Shown here piece after piece: positions 7,219-15,125 of a DNA stretch of 64,000 bases (the first letter of the stretch is position 1; the number at the start of each line of letters is the position of its first letter). Made by a program: the position numbers and the translations under genes. This DNA comes from a virus (taxonomy: Duplodnaviria; Heunggongvirae; Uroviricota; Caudoviricetes), in IMG/VR virus record IMGVR_UViG_3300044712_000568, positions 1-64,000 of that record; one strand, 5' to 3'. Under the pieces are notes generated by a model. That model was given only the letters and a program-made list of their open reading frames with translations, did no database searches and was not told the origin of the DNA.

Positions 7219-7524
7219 ATGAACAAATACGAACTTCTAAAAGAACAACTCGCAACGGATGGAGTTGGAAAAATGAAATGCTTTGGTAGTTCAATGTTAC
7301 CTATCGTTTCCAGTGGATCTCTTTTAACTTTTAAACAAGAAACTAATTATCAAATTGGTGATATTGTTTTCTGTAAAGTTAAAGGAAGATACATTGATGC
7401 TCATTTGATTACTAAGATCGATCCTAATAAGGGTTATATGATCGCCAATAATCGTGGATGGGAAAATGGGTGGACCCATACTATTTACGGTAAAGTAATT
7501 GAAATCAACGGCATTGTTAGGTAA
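7219..7524 (+). CDS. S24/S26 (signal-peptidase-like) family protein
   Basis: GSSMLP serine motif, GDIVF, downstream His. Confidence 0.6.
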   Translation: MNKYELLKEQLATDGVGKMKCFGSSMLPIVSSGSLLTFKQETNYQIGDIVFCKVKGRYIDAHLITKIDPNKGYMIANNRGWENGWTHTIYGKVIEINGIVR

Positions 7525-7534
7525 TCTTAATATT

Positions 7535-7650
7535 GACACTGACATTCTGGATCGCGGCGTCCTTTAGCTTAATAGCGGAATGATCTCCTGGGTAAAATCT
7601 AGCCTCAATGGATGGAATAGATTTGGGTAAGTTCGAATCTTACAGTGTCT
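7535..7650 (+). ncRNA. Degenerate tRNA-like RNA with enlarged arms
   Basis: GACACTG/CAGTGTC stem, TAAG-TTCGAAT-CTTA T arm, AATCTA/TAGATT arm. Confidence 0.5.
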
Positions 7651-7655
7651 AAAAG

Positions 7656-7746
7656 CATCGTGGTAGCTCAGTGGTAGAGCAATCAATGGCTAGTTAAAGA
7701 CTATACAAGTTGATGTGCAGTGGTTCGAGTCCATTCTGCGATGACA
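7656..7746 (+). ncRNA. tRNA-like RNA with extended, bulged anticodon arm
   Basis: CATCGTGG/CTGCGATG, canonical D and T arms, ATCAAT...TAGT-TAAAG-ACTA...GTTGAT. Confidence 0.65.
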
Positions 7747-7749
7747 TTT

Positions 7750-7838
7750 GGGCGGCATAGCTTAATGGTAAAGCGTTACATCACTAACAAAGTGTTACAT
7801 AAGTAAAGAGTTGGGGTTCAAATCCCCGCTGTCCACCA
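7750..7838 (+). ncRNA. tRNA-like RNA with extended, bulged anticodon arm
   Basis: GGGCGGC/GCTGTCC+ACCA, GCTT/AAGC D-stem, TTAC..CACT-AACAA-AGTG...GTAA. Confidence 0.65.
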
Positions 7839-7858
7839 ATTATATTTTTGGAGATATC

Positions 7859-8293
7859 TTGGATATTCTTAGTTTTTATGGTGACCGTCATTGGTTATCT
7901 AATTTTCATATGGCCTCTATTACTTATGAGGGATTGACCTACACTAATAGTGAAGCGGCATTTCAAGCAGCTAAGTGTAAGGAGATTGAGGATAGAAATC
8001 AATTCACCAATCTCCTTCCAGGAAATGCAAAAACTCTTGGTCGTAATATTGAACTTCGTCCTGACTGGGATCAAGTCAAAGATCAGATAATGTATGATGT
8101 TTGTAAAGCAAAGTTCGAACAGAATCCCGATCTTATGAATCTGCTATTGGCCACCACAGGTCATTTAGAAGAAGGTAATAATCATGGCGATATAATTTGG
8201 GGAACTGTAAAGGGTGTTGGTCAGAATAGACTCGGTAAAATTCTAATGCAATTAAGGGATGAATTTCGAAATGCAGCCACCGCAAAGATTTAG
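7859..8293 (+). CDS. NADAR (YbiA-like) ADP-ribosyl/N-glycosyl hydrolase
   Basis: WLSNFH, SEAAFQAAK, KFEQN, D.IWG...GQNRLGKILMQLR; probable TTG start after GGAG. Confidence 0.9.
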   Translation: MDILSFYGDRHWLSNFHMASITYEGLTYTNSEAAFQAAKCKEIEDRNQFTNLLPGNAKTLGRNIELRPDWDQVKDQIMYDVCKAKFEQNPDLMNLLLATTGHLEEGNNHGDIIWGTVKGVGQNRLGKILMQLRDEFRNAATAKI

Positions 8294-8475
8294 CCGAGAA
8301 ATAAAAACAAGATCTTTAACTATAGAAGAACGCCAAGAATTGATTGATCTTGGTGTGATTCCTTTTATTATGGATGATGACCATCCTAATGGTAGGCCTG
8401 TAACGGTTAATGATCTTGCTCACATGACTAAAGTAATTGCTGCCAAAGATATCATAACCGGCGAATGGCACTATT

Positions 8476-8790
8476 ATGAGTAAGATTAAAATCTTACATA
8501 TTCCATCAGCTGAATATCTTCCAGTGGGAAGTTTCTTTTCTCCAGAAGATAACAAAGAATGTTATCGATATGAAGAAAATGGAATATTCAATAATTTAAA
8601 TATTGCTAAATCATTTCTTAATGATCTTCTTCAAGCTTGGAATGGTCTTTCTGGTTACGATGATATTTTTACCGTAGTGGTAGCTGAAGATGCTTATTTT
8701 ATTATGGAATACGCAGCTCCCGTAGTTAAACATTACGGAATGGTGGATCATAAATTACAGCAAAACGAATTTGAATTTATAATTATTTAA
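8476..8790 (+). CDS. HIP(S/T)G-family small protein
   Basis: KILHIPSAEYL...FNNLNIAKSFL...NEFEFIII. Confidence 0.7.
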   Translation: MSKIKILHIPSAEYLPVGSFFSPEDNKECYRYEENGIFNNLNIAKSFLNDLLQAWNGLSGYDDIFTVVVAEDAYFIMEYAAPVVKHYGMVDHKLQQNEFEFIII

Positions 8791-8791
8791 T

Positions 8792-8875
8792 GCGAGGGTG
8801 GTGGAACGGTAGACACAGCAGACTTAGAATCTGCCGCCTAACAGCGTGAGGGTTCGATTCCCTTCCTTCGCACCA
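8792..8875 (+). tRNA. tRNA-Leu(TAG)
   Basis: GCGAGGG/CCTTCGC, GCAGA-CTTAGAA-TCTGC, variable arm, ACCA. Confidence 0.94.
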
Positions 8876-9162
8876 ATACGATAAGGTAAACAAAGTTGTA
8901 ATACACTTTACTCAAGCTAGTTGATCGGGCTGAATTTGGATAGAAAAGAGTCCAATTACCCTCTGTCGTATCAAACGCGTTGCCTCTCTTCTCCTCATAC
9001 TTCTTTTGAATACTTGAGTGCAGTGAGTATCAGAATTGACTGATAGACTATAACTGATCAGATAGTTGCAATACTTTGCTGCATGCTTGCGTTGTGACCG
9101 AGGAAGCAATTCCGGAGTTGAAATCGGGATAAACGGAACGCCCGAGAGGTCTCTACAGCAAA
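8876..9162 (+). ncRNA. Two further bulged-stem ncRNA units (8876-8971, 9075-9162) with an unassigned structured spacer
   Basis: ATACGATA|A GGTAA...TTACC CTC|TGTCGTAT; TTTGCTGCA|T GCTT...AGGT CTC|TACAGCAAA. Confidence 0.72.
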
Positions 9163-9168
9163 ATTCTT

Positions 9169-9245
9169 TGGGGTATAGCACAATTAGGTGGTGCAACTGT
9201 TTCTGACACAGTTGGTTGTAGGTTCGATTCCTTCTACCCCATCCA
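9169..9245 (+). tRNA. tRNA-Gln(CTG)
   Basis: TGGGGTA/TACCCCA, ACTGT-TTCTGAC-ACAGT, TCCA. Confidence 0.92.
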
Positions 9246-9254
9246 TTCTACGGA

Positions 9255-9584
9255 GTGCCTATGGCATTTATTCTTTTAATTTGGTTGCATTTCTTAGCAG
9301 ATTTTGTTCTTCAAAATGACAAAATGGCTTTAAACAAAAGCACAAGTAATAAGTGGCTTGGCATTCATTGCTTAGTATATACTATTCCTTTTGCTGTTGT
9401 TATTGGTTTGAAGTTCGCTGTATTAAACGGCATTCTTCATTTCTGTGTTGATTGGTTTACTTCCAGAGCTACAACCTATCTTTGGAAAAAAGAAAAGAGA
9501 CACGAGTTTTTTGTTGTAATTGGTATGGATCAAGCAATTCACATGAGTTGTTTGTATTATTTATATAGCATTATGTTCCCTTAG
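9255..9584 (+). CDS. DUF3307-like membrane protein
   Basis: HFLADFVLQ...HCLVY...HFCVD...DQAIH pattern. Confidence 0.8.
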   Translation: MPMAFILLIWLHFLADFVLQNDKMALNKSTSNKWLGIHCLVYTIPFAVVIGLKFAVLNGILHFCVDWFTSRATTYLWKKEKRHEFFVVIGMDQAIHMSCLYYLYSIMFP

Positions 9585-9654
9585 TTTAGCCCGGACTTAA
9601 AACACTTCGCTACGAACGAAGAGATCACAGGTTCGAATCCTGTAGGGAACACCA
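9575..9654 (+). tRNA. tRNA-Arg(ACG)
   Basis: GTTCCCT/AGGGAAC, CTTCG-CTACGAA-CGAAG, ACCA; overlaps the last 10 nt of the upstream CDS. Confidence 0.94.
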
Positions 9655-9666
9655 ATCTGGAGCTTT

Positions 9667-9822
9667 ATGGATCCCGTATTTACAGAAGAAGAGATCACCT
9701 ATATGACGAATCTCTTCTTTTATTTAAAAAGAAATAGCCCCGAAACTCTTTCGTTAATGATCGAATCTGGTGTAACGAAAGTTGCTGATACTTTGGAACA
9801 AGTTGCTAGTGGTGACCGATAA
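9667..9822 (+). CDS. Small hypothetical protein (51 aa, MDPVFTEEE...)
   Basis: GGAG RBS; stop overlaps the next ATG (TAATG). Confidence 0.55.
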   Translation: MDPVFTEEEITYMTNLFFYLKRNSPETLSLMIESGVTKVADTLEQVASGDR

Positions 9823-10283
9823 TGGAATATAAAGGCGGCTACATCTTTATTGATCTTGATGGAGTTTTAGCAAACTTCGACAAAGAGGCAGCTAAATACC
9901 CTCATCTACATCCTTCTAAGGCTTGTAGAGAAATTGAAGGTTTCTATACCAACCTTGAAGTATTTCAAGGAGCAATAGAGTTTGTAAATCGCCTTGAAAC
10001 TATCTTTCCTAATAAGGTTAGATTCCTTTCTGCGGCGGTTATCGAACGAGACAATTGCTGGACTGAAAAGTTCACTTGGATCAAAACACATTTTCCCAGT
10101 TTTACTGATCGGTTGATCCTTGCTAGATCTAAGGAAGCCGTTGGTTCCGTGGAAGATATTTTGATTGACGATCATCCGCAATGGAACGGCGCTGATAAAT
10201 TCAGAGGTCAAGTAATCAAATTCTCCACTGATAAGATTCCCGATGAATATCAACGAATCTTATTCCTTTTAACGGGAGCTTAA
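9822..10283 (+). CDS. HAD-family 5'(3')-deoxyribonucleotidase (NT5C-like)
   Basis: IDLDGVLANFD motif I; EKFTW; ILIDD motif. Confidence 0.88.
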   Translation: MEYKGGYIFIDLDGVLANFDKEAAKYPHLHPSKACREIEGFYTNLEVFQGAIEFVNRLETIFPNKVRFLSAAVIERDNCWTEKFTWIKTHFPSFTDRLILARSKEAVGSVEDILIDDHPQWNGADKFRGQVIKFSTDKIPDEYQRILFLLTGA

Positions 10284-11098
10284 TGCCACTCTTTTATGAA
10301 TCTCCTTACAGGGACCGGCCAACGCTGGTCCCTTTTACTTTGTTCCCAAACGGTGAACAAAATGTTCCAGATATCCGAGAAGAAATTTCTACCCTAACTC
10401 TTAAGTGGGAATCGGATAAGGATCTAATTTCTCTCCTGCTTCTTCAGAGCGGAGTTCTTTATTCCAAGGTAAGGCTTAAGATTTTATATATGCCTTATTC
10501 TCGTATGGATCGCGGAGAGAATAGTTCCAAGTGTTCTCTGAGATATATTGGTGATATTATTCAAGGCTTGGGTTTCAAGTCTATCGAAGTGCTTGATCCA
10601 CATTCGGATCTCACCTTAGCGTATCTCGGAGACACTGCTTTTGGAACTTATCCGTTCCAAGAAGTTATTCGGGAACCTTTTACACAAACTGATATCGTCG
10701 TATTTCCAGATGCCGGAGCACAAAAACGGTATGGAAAAGGTTGGAAAGGCGTTCAGCTTGTAGCAAATAAGAGGCGAGACTTCACTACAGGTAAAATCAC
10801 AGGATATTCTTTGGAAAATTCTGCGATGCTTAGAGGCAAGCATATTACAATCATTGACGATTTGTGCTCAAAAGGAACAACTTTTCTTTTTGCTGGAAAG
10901 GCTTTGAGAGAACTTGAACCAAAACGAGTAGAACTTGTCGTAACTCACTGTGAAAATTCGATTTATTCTGGCGAACTTCTAAAACCAGATAGTCCAATTG
11001 ATCGTATTTATACTACTAACAGCATCCTCACAGATTTTTCTTCTGACAAGATTACTGTGTATGATGCCTTTGATCCGGAGTTTCCATGCATAAAGTAG
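10283..11098 (+). CDS. Ribose-phosphate pyrophosphokinase-like protein (candidate Adps of NARP1)
   Basis: FPNGE, MPYSRMDR, DPHS, FPDAGA, IIDDLCSKGTTF. Confidence 0.9.
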   Translation: MPLFYESPYRDRPTLVPFTLFPNGEQNVPDIREEISTLTLKWESDKDLISLLLLQSGVLYSKVRLKILYMPYSRMDRGENSSKCSLRYIGDIIQGLGFKSIEVLDPHSDLTLAYLGDTAFGTYPFQEVIREPFTQTDIVVFPDAGAQKRYGKGWKGVQLVANKRRDFTTGKITGYSLENSAMLRGKHITIIDDLCSKGTTFLFAGKALRELEPKRVELVVTHCENSIYSGELLKPDSPIDRIYTTNSILTDFSSDKITVYDAFDPEFPCIK

Positions 11099-12189
11099 TT
11101 CCGTCAGACATTCGAATGAGTCTCCTTGGTGTTTCATATCTTCATGGAGGTTCTTACGAGCGTCCAGGCCATCGTGGTATTAGCCATTTGATGGAACATC
11201 TGATGTGCAAGACTTCTGACGATATGCGAGAAGAGCTTCGTTCTCTTGGAGTTGAGCATAATGCTTATACTTCAGATAATCGAGTAGTCTTTTGGTGGAG
11301 TGGACTTGACCGAGCGTTGACTCTCGTTGCTCCCAGGCTTTTCGATAAGCTCACTCAGCAGCCTGTTCTTTGGACCAAGGAACAGTTTGAAAATGAAAAG
11401 AAAACTGTTCTTCAAGAGTATGGTGATACTTTTAATGATCAGTTTGAGGGAACTTATTACAACGCTCTCCGTCAATTTTACAATCATACTGGAGCCATTG
11501 GATACCGCAAGGATATTGAACTTTTCTCTTATGAGGATTCGATTCTCTTTGCTGAACAATTCAAAGAACCTTTCTTGATTTGTGAAGTTGGTCAGAAGAA
11601 TCTTGATCCTAGTGTATCTTTTACTAGAGTTAAAGAGTCAAATGATGCAGTATTTGGTGACTATGTTGCTAATGGAACCCTGATTTTGGAAGATGTTCCA
11701 AAGGAAGATAAGACAATTGTTGGTCTGTTAGGCAACACTCCTCTAGCTGGATATAAAACCTCAAAGCTAGACTTTCTTATGACTTGTATTACTGGCGGTC
11801 TTGAATCGCCATTATATCAAGAGATTCGAGAAAAGCGAGGATTGTCTTATTATTCGATGGGGTTCACGACAAAGATTGGTGACAAAGCTGTGCCAATGTT
11901 CTTTGCCTCCACCACCAATGATAATGTGGCAGAACTTACTAAGGTGTATGAAGATACTTTCTCTGCTCCAATCGAAAGTATTCTCACTCCTGAGCGATTT
12001 AATATTTGTCATCAGAATTTGATGATCAAGAAAGAAATTGCGGAAATTCTTCCTCATGCTGGAGCTAAGGCAACTATCTTAAGTGAGACTAATCCCTTCG
12101 CGGGGATGGATACTTTTACTTACGATGAAGCTCTTGCTCTTGCTTCTGCCACTTTTAACATGGACAATCTTCGTCCTATCTCTTACTAA
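11086..12189 (+). CDS. M16 (insulinase/pitrilysin) family zinc peptidase
   Basis: GISHLMEHL (HxxEH), NAYT, SPLYQEIREKRGLSY. Confidence 0.9.
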   Translation: MHKVVPSDIRMSLLGVSYLHGGSYERPGHRGISHLMEHLMCKTSDDMREELRSLGVEHNAYTSDNRVVFWWSGLDRALTLVAPRLFDKLTQQPVLWTKEQFENEKKTVLQEYGDTFNDQFEGTYYNALRQFYNHTGAIGYRKDIELFSYEDSILFAEQFKEPFLICEVGQKNLDPSVSFTRVKESNDAVFGDYVANGTLILEDVPKEDKTIVGLLGNTPLAGYKTSKLDFLMTCITGGLESPLYQEIREKRGLSYYSMGFTTKIGDKAVPMFFASTTNDNVAELTKVYEDTFSAPIESILTPERFNICHQNLMIKKEIAEILPHAGAKATILSETNPFAGMDTFTYDEALALASATFNMDNLRPISY

Positions 12190-12198
12190 GGATCACAA

Positions 12199-13677
12199 AT
12201 GAAGCGCGTTACTCCTACTCTGCTTTGCGATTTCTATAAGATCAGTCATCGGGCTCAGTATCCTGTTGATACTGAGTATGTTTACTCGACTTGGACTCCT
12301 CGAACTTCTCGTATGAGCGGCGTGGATCATGTCGTTGCCTTCGGTTTTCAGGCATTTGTTCAGAAGTATCTCATTGATTATTTCAATGAGAATTTCTTTA
12401 ATCGGTCTAAGCTTTCTGTTGTTGAAGAGTATTCTCGCGTAATTGCAAATACTCTCGGTATCAAAGATCCTGATACTAAGCACATCGAACAGCTTCATGA
12501 TCTTGGCTATCTTCCCATCAAGATTCAGGCTCTTGCTGAAGGAACTCTTGTTCCTCTTCGTGTTCCTATGCTTACCGTAGAGAATACAGATTCTCGCTTC
12601 TTCTGGCTTACCAATTTCCTTGAGACTTTGATGAGCTGTGAGCTTTGGTTGGCATCAACTTCTGCTACTACTGCAAATGAATATCGTAAGTTGCTGACTT
12701 GGTGGGCCGAACATACTGACAAGGCTAATAAAGGTTTTGTTCAGTTCCAGGGACACGATTTCTCAATGCGTGGCATGGCTTCTCTTGAAGCTGCGATGTC
12801 ATCTGGTTCTGGTCATCTTCTGTCTTTTGTAGGCACTGATACCATTCCTGCTATTATTCACCTTGAAAATTATTACGGTGCGGATATTACGAAGGAGCTT
12901 GTTGGAACTTCTATTCCTGCCTCGGAGCATAGCGTTGCTTGTGCTTATGGCAAGGACAATGAAGCGGATTATTACAAGCGTCTGATTACGGAAGTTTATC
13001 CTTCTGGATTCGTATCTATTGTTTCGGATACTTGGGATTTCTGGGCGGTTCTTGAAAACATCATCAAGCCCATGAAGAATGTTATTCTTCATCGTGACGG
13101 TAAAGTTGTCATTCGCCCCGATTCTGGCGATCCTGTTAAGATTATCTGCGGTGATCCGGATTCCGATAATCCTCTTGCCAAGAAGGGTGCCATTGAAATC
13201 CTTTGGGATATCTTTGGCGGAACTGTGAATGATCAGGGATACAAGGTTCTTGATCCGCATATCGGTTGCATTTACGGTGATGCGATTACGCTCACTCGTT
13301 GCCGAGAGATCTGTGAAAAGCTGGCTGAAAAGAAGTTTGCTTCGACTAATGTAGTTTATGGTATTGGTTCTTATACCTACAATTATGTTACTCGGGATAC
13401 TTTCGGTTTTGCTCTTAAATCTACTTCGGTAACTCGTAGTGGACAAGAGATTGGCATCTTCAAGGATCCTGTTACTGATCCTGGTAGCATCAAGAAGAGT
13501 TTGGTTGGTCGAGTGGCTGTTATGAGGGATCTGGCTGATGGAAATAAGCTCATTGCTGTCGATCATCAGACTTCGCATAGTCGACTTCCCAATCTCTTTA
13601 ACACTATTTTCGAGAATGGTAAGGTAGAAAACTTCCAGACTCTTTCTGAGATTCGAAAGCGTCTCTTAGAACAGTAA
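12199..13677 (+). CDS. nadV: Nicotinamide phosphoribosyltransferase-like protein (candidate Namat of NARP1)
   Basis: DFYKISH, HDFSMRG, IPASEHSV, SIVSDTWD, VIRPDSGDP, YGDAIT, KDPVTD. Confidence 0.92.
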   Translation: MKRVTPTLLCDFYKISHRAQYPVDTEYVYSTWTPRTSRMSGVDHVVAFGFQAFVQKYLIDYFNENFFNRSKLSVVEEYSRVIANTLGIKDPDTKHIEQLHDLGYLPIKIQALAEGTLVPLRVPMLTVENTDSRFFWLTNFLETLMSCELWLASTSATTANEYRKLLTWWAEHTDKANKGFVQFQGHDFSMRGMASLEAAMSSGSGHLLSFVGTDTIPAIIHLENYYGADITKELVGTSIPASEHSVACAYGKDNEADYYKRLITEVYPSGFVSIVSDTWDFWAVLENIIKPMKNVILHRDGKVVIRPDSGDPVKIICGDPDSDNPLAKKGAIEILWDIFGGTVNDQGYKVLDPHIGCIYGDAITLTRCREICEKLAEKKFASTNVVYGIGSYTYNYVTRDTFGFALKSTSVTRSGQEIGIFKDPVTDPGSIKKSLVGRVAVMRDLADGNKLIAVDHQTSHSRLPNLFNTIFENGKVENFQTLSEIRKRLLEQ

Positions 13678-13907
13678 TGGATAAAATATCTCAAGAACTT
13701 CTGGATAGAATCCCCAAGGATTTTAGTTTTAGTCCAGTTGGAATGACGATAGAAACTGCTATGACTTTAATCAAGGCGGCTGGATGGCCAGTTAGATTGG
13801 TTAAACTCGGCAAAATTCGTTATCTAATTACTCAGGATTTTAGACCAGAACGAATCAATCTGGAAGCAACTGAAGATGGCATTGTAGAATCGTTCTACAA
13901 AGGCTAA
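13677..13907 (+). CDS. Potato-inhibitor-I-like (I13/I78) peptidase inhibitor
   Basis: VGMTIETA...ITQDFRPERINL reactive-loop motif. Confidence 0.7.
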   Translation: MDKISQELLDRIPKDFSFSPVGMTIETAMTLIKAAGWPVRLVKLGKIRYLITQDFRPERINLEATEDGIVESFYKG

Positions 13908-13932
13908 TTAACAATATTTTTTGGAGAAATGA

Positions 13933-14553
13933 ATGAAAACTTGGATGTGGGTTCTTGGTATTTTTGGTGTTATCGCGCTTATTGGGATGATGGCCTGCGG
14001 AACTTATGTTGGAACTTATAATGAGCTGGTAACTTCGGTTAACGCTTGTGATAAGGGTGTTAGTAACATCGATGAAAGCTATCGCCGCCGTGCTGATCTT
14101 ATTCCCAATCTTGTGGAAGCTATCATGAGTGAGGTTGGTGCTGAGACTAAGCTTGATATTGGTTATGCTGAAGCTCGTGCTGCGGCTGGCGGTCAGATTA
14201 AGCTGACTCCCGAAATGCTGAATGATCCGAAAGCTATGGCCGCGTATCGTGCTAATCAGGCTACTATTGGTAATACTCTTGGTCGATTGATGGTTGTTGC
14301 TGAGAAGATTCCTAATCCTAACTTCTCGCAGTCTTACAAGGATCTTCGCACTAATCTCGAAGGCGTAAATAACCGTATTGGTATCGCTATTCGTGATTAC
14401 AATGATGTTGCAGAAAAGCATAATAACAAAATTGATGCTTTCTTTGCAAATATCTTCTTTGGTGCCAAGGATCGTTTCAAGCACCGCGAATTGTATAAGG
14501 TCGAGGAAGAGAAGAAGGCTAATCCAAATCTTAAAGATATGAAGATGCGCTAA
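13933..14553 (+). CDS. lemA: LemA family protein
   Basis: N-terminal TM, YNELV, YRRRADLIPNLV, NRIGIAIRDYN. Confidence 0.9.
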   Translation: MKTWMWVLGIFGVIALIGMMACGTYVGTYNELVTSVNACDKGVSNIDESYRRRADLIPNLVEAIMSEVGAETKLDIGYAEARAAAGGQIKLTPEMLNDPKAMAAYRANQATIGNTLGRLMVVAEKIPNPNFSQSYKDLRTNLEGVNNRIGIAIRDYNDVAEKHNNKIDAFFANIFFGAKDRFKHRELYKVEEEKKANPNLKDMKMR

Positions 14554-15125
14554 TGAACTGGTCTCTGTTTACTTTCCACCTGTCTTTGTTTTTCGTGATT
14601 CCTGCTCTAGTTGTGGCAGGTATTGTCATTCTTTTGTGTCTTTCTGGTAGTCGAAGGGATCGTTCTTTTGGCTGGGCATCATTAATGCTGATTATTGGCA
14701 TTACTCTTACTCACCTTACTTGGCACTTTACCTGGCTTCAGCTTTTAAAGTATTCTGGTATGTCAATTGGCATTGGATTACTTTATACCGTATTCAAATG
14801 GGTGCATGGAGTTAGTATTTATCACGGGCGAGTTATTACAGCATTGAAGAATGTTGTATATCCCGCTGCTATTGAAGTAGACACAAACGATCTTGATATT
14901 GGTAGTAGATATACTGCTAATGCACTTAATCGTAAGGATGCCCTAACAAAGCTGACTCCTCAGTTCTCTGAATACAAAGCTCCTGCACTCGGCTGGACAA
15001 TTTTCTGGCCTTTCTTCATTCTGGTAGATATCGCTCCAATCAGAGTGATTGAGAGTATTATCAGTGCTTTTGGTAAACCTGCTCAGTATTTTGCTGACAA
15101 GACTTTTGAGGATAAAGATGTTTAA
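14553..15125 (+). CDS. Multi-pass membrane protein
   Basis: Several hydrophobic helices; WTIFWPF. Confidence 0.65.
   Translation: MNWSLFTFHLSLFFVIPALVVAGIVILLCLSGSRRDRSFGWASLMLIIGITLTHLTWHFTWLQLLKYSGMSIGIGLLYTVFKWVHGVSIYHGRVITALKNVVYPAAIEVDTNDLDIGSRYTANALNRKDALTKLTPQFSEYKAPALGWTIFWPFFILVDIAPIRVIESIISAFGKPAQYFADKTFEDKDV

Noticed and set aside
8972-9074. Pyrimidine-rich structured spacer between two bulged-stem units
   Set aside because: It has small hairpins, but I could not identify the shared closing motif, so it is not counted in the family.
1824-9196. ORF-track entries overlapping tRNAs or ncRNAs (1824-, 2354-, 2436+, 2848-, 4206-, 4881-, 6822+, 8912-) and the 5' extensions of 7811+ and 22338-
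   Set aside because: They translate tRNA sequence (e.g. AGFEPAT, GLEPSTS, GIEPAN) and are better explained by the RNA genes.
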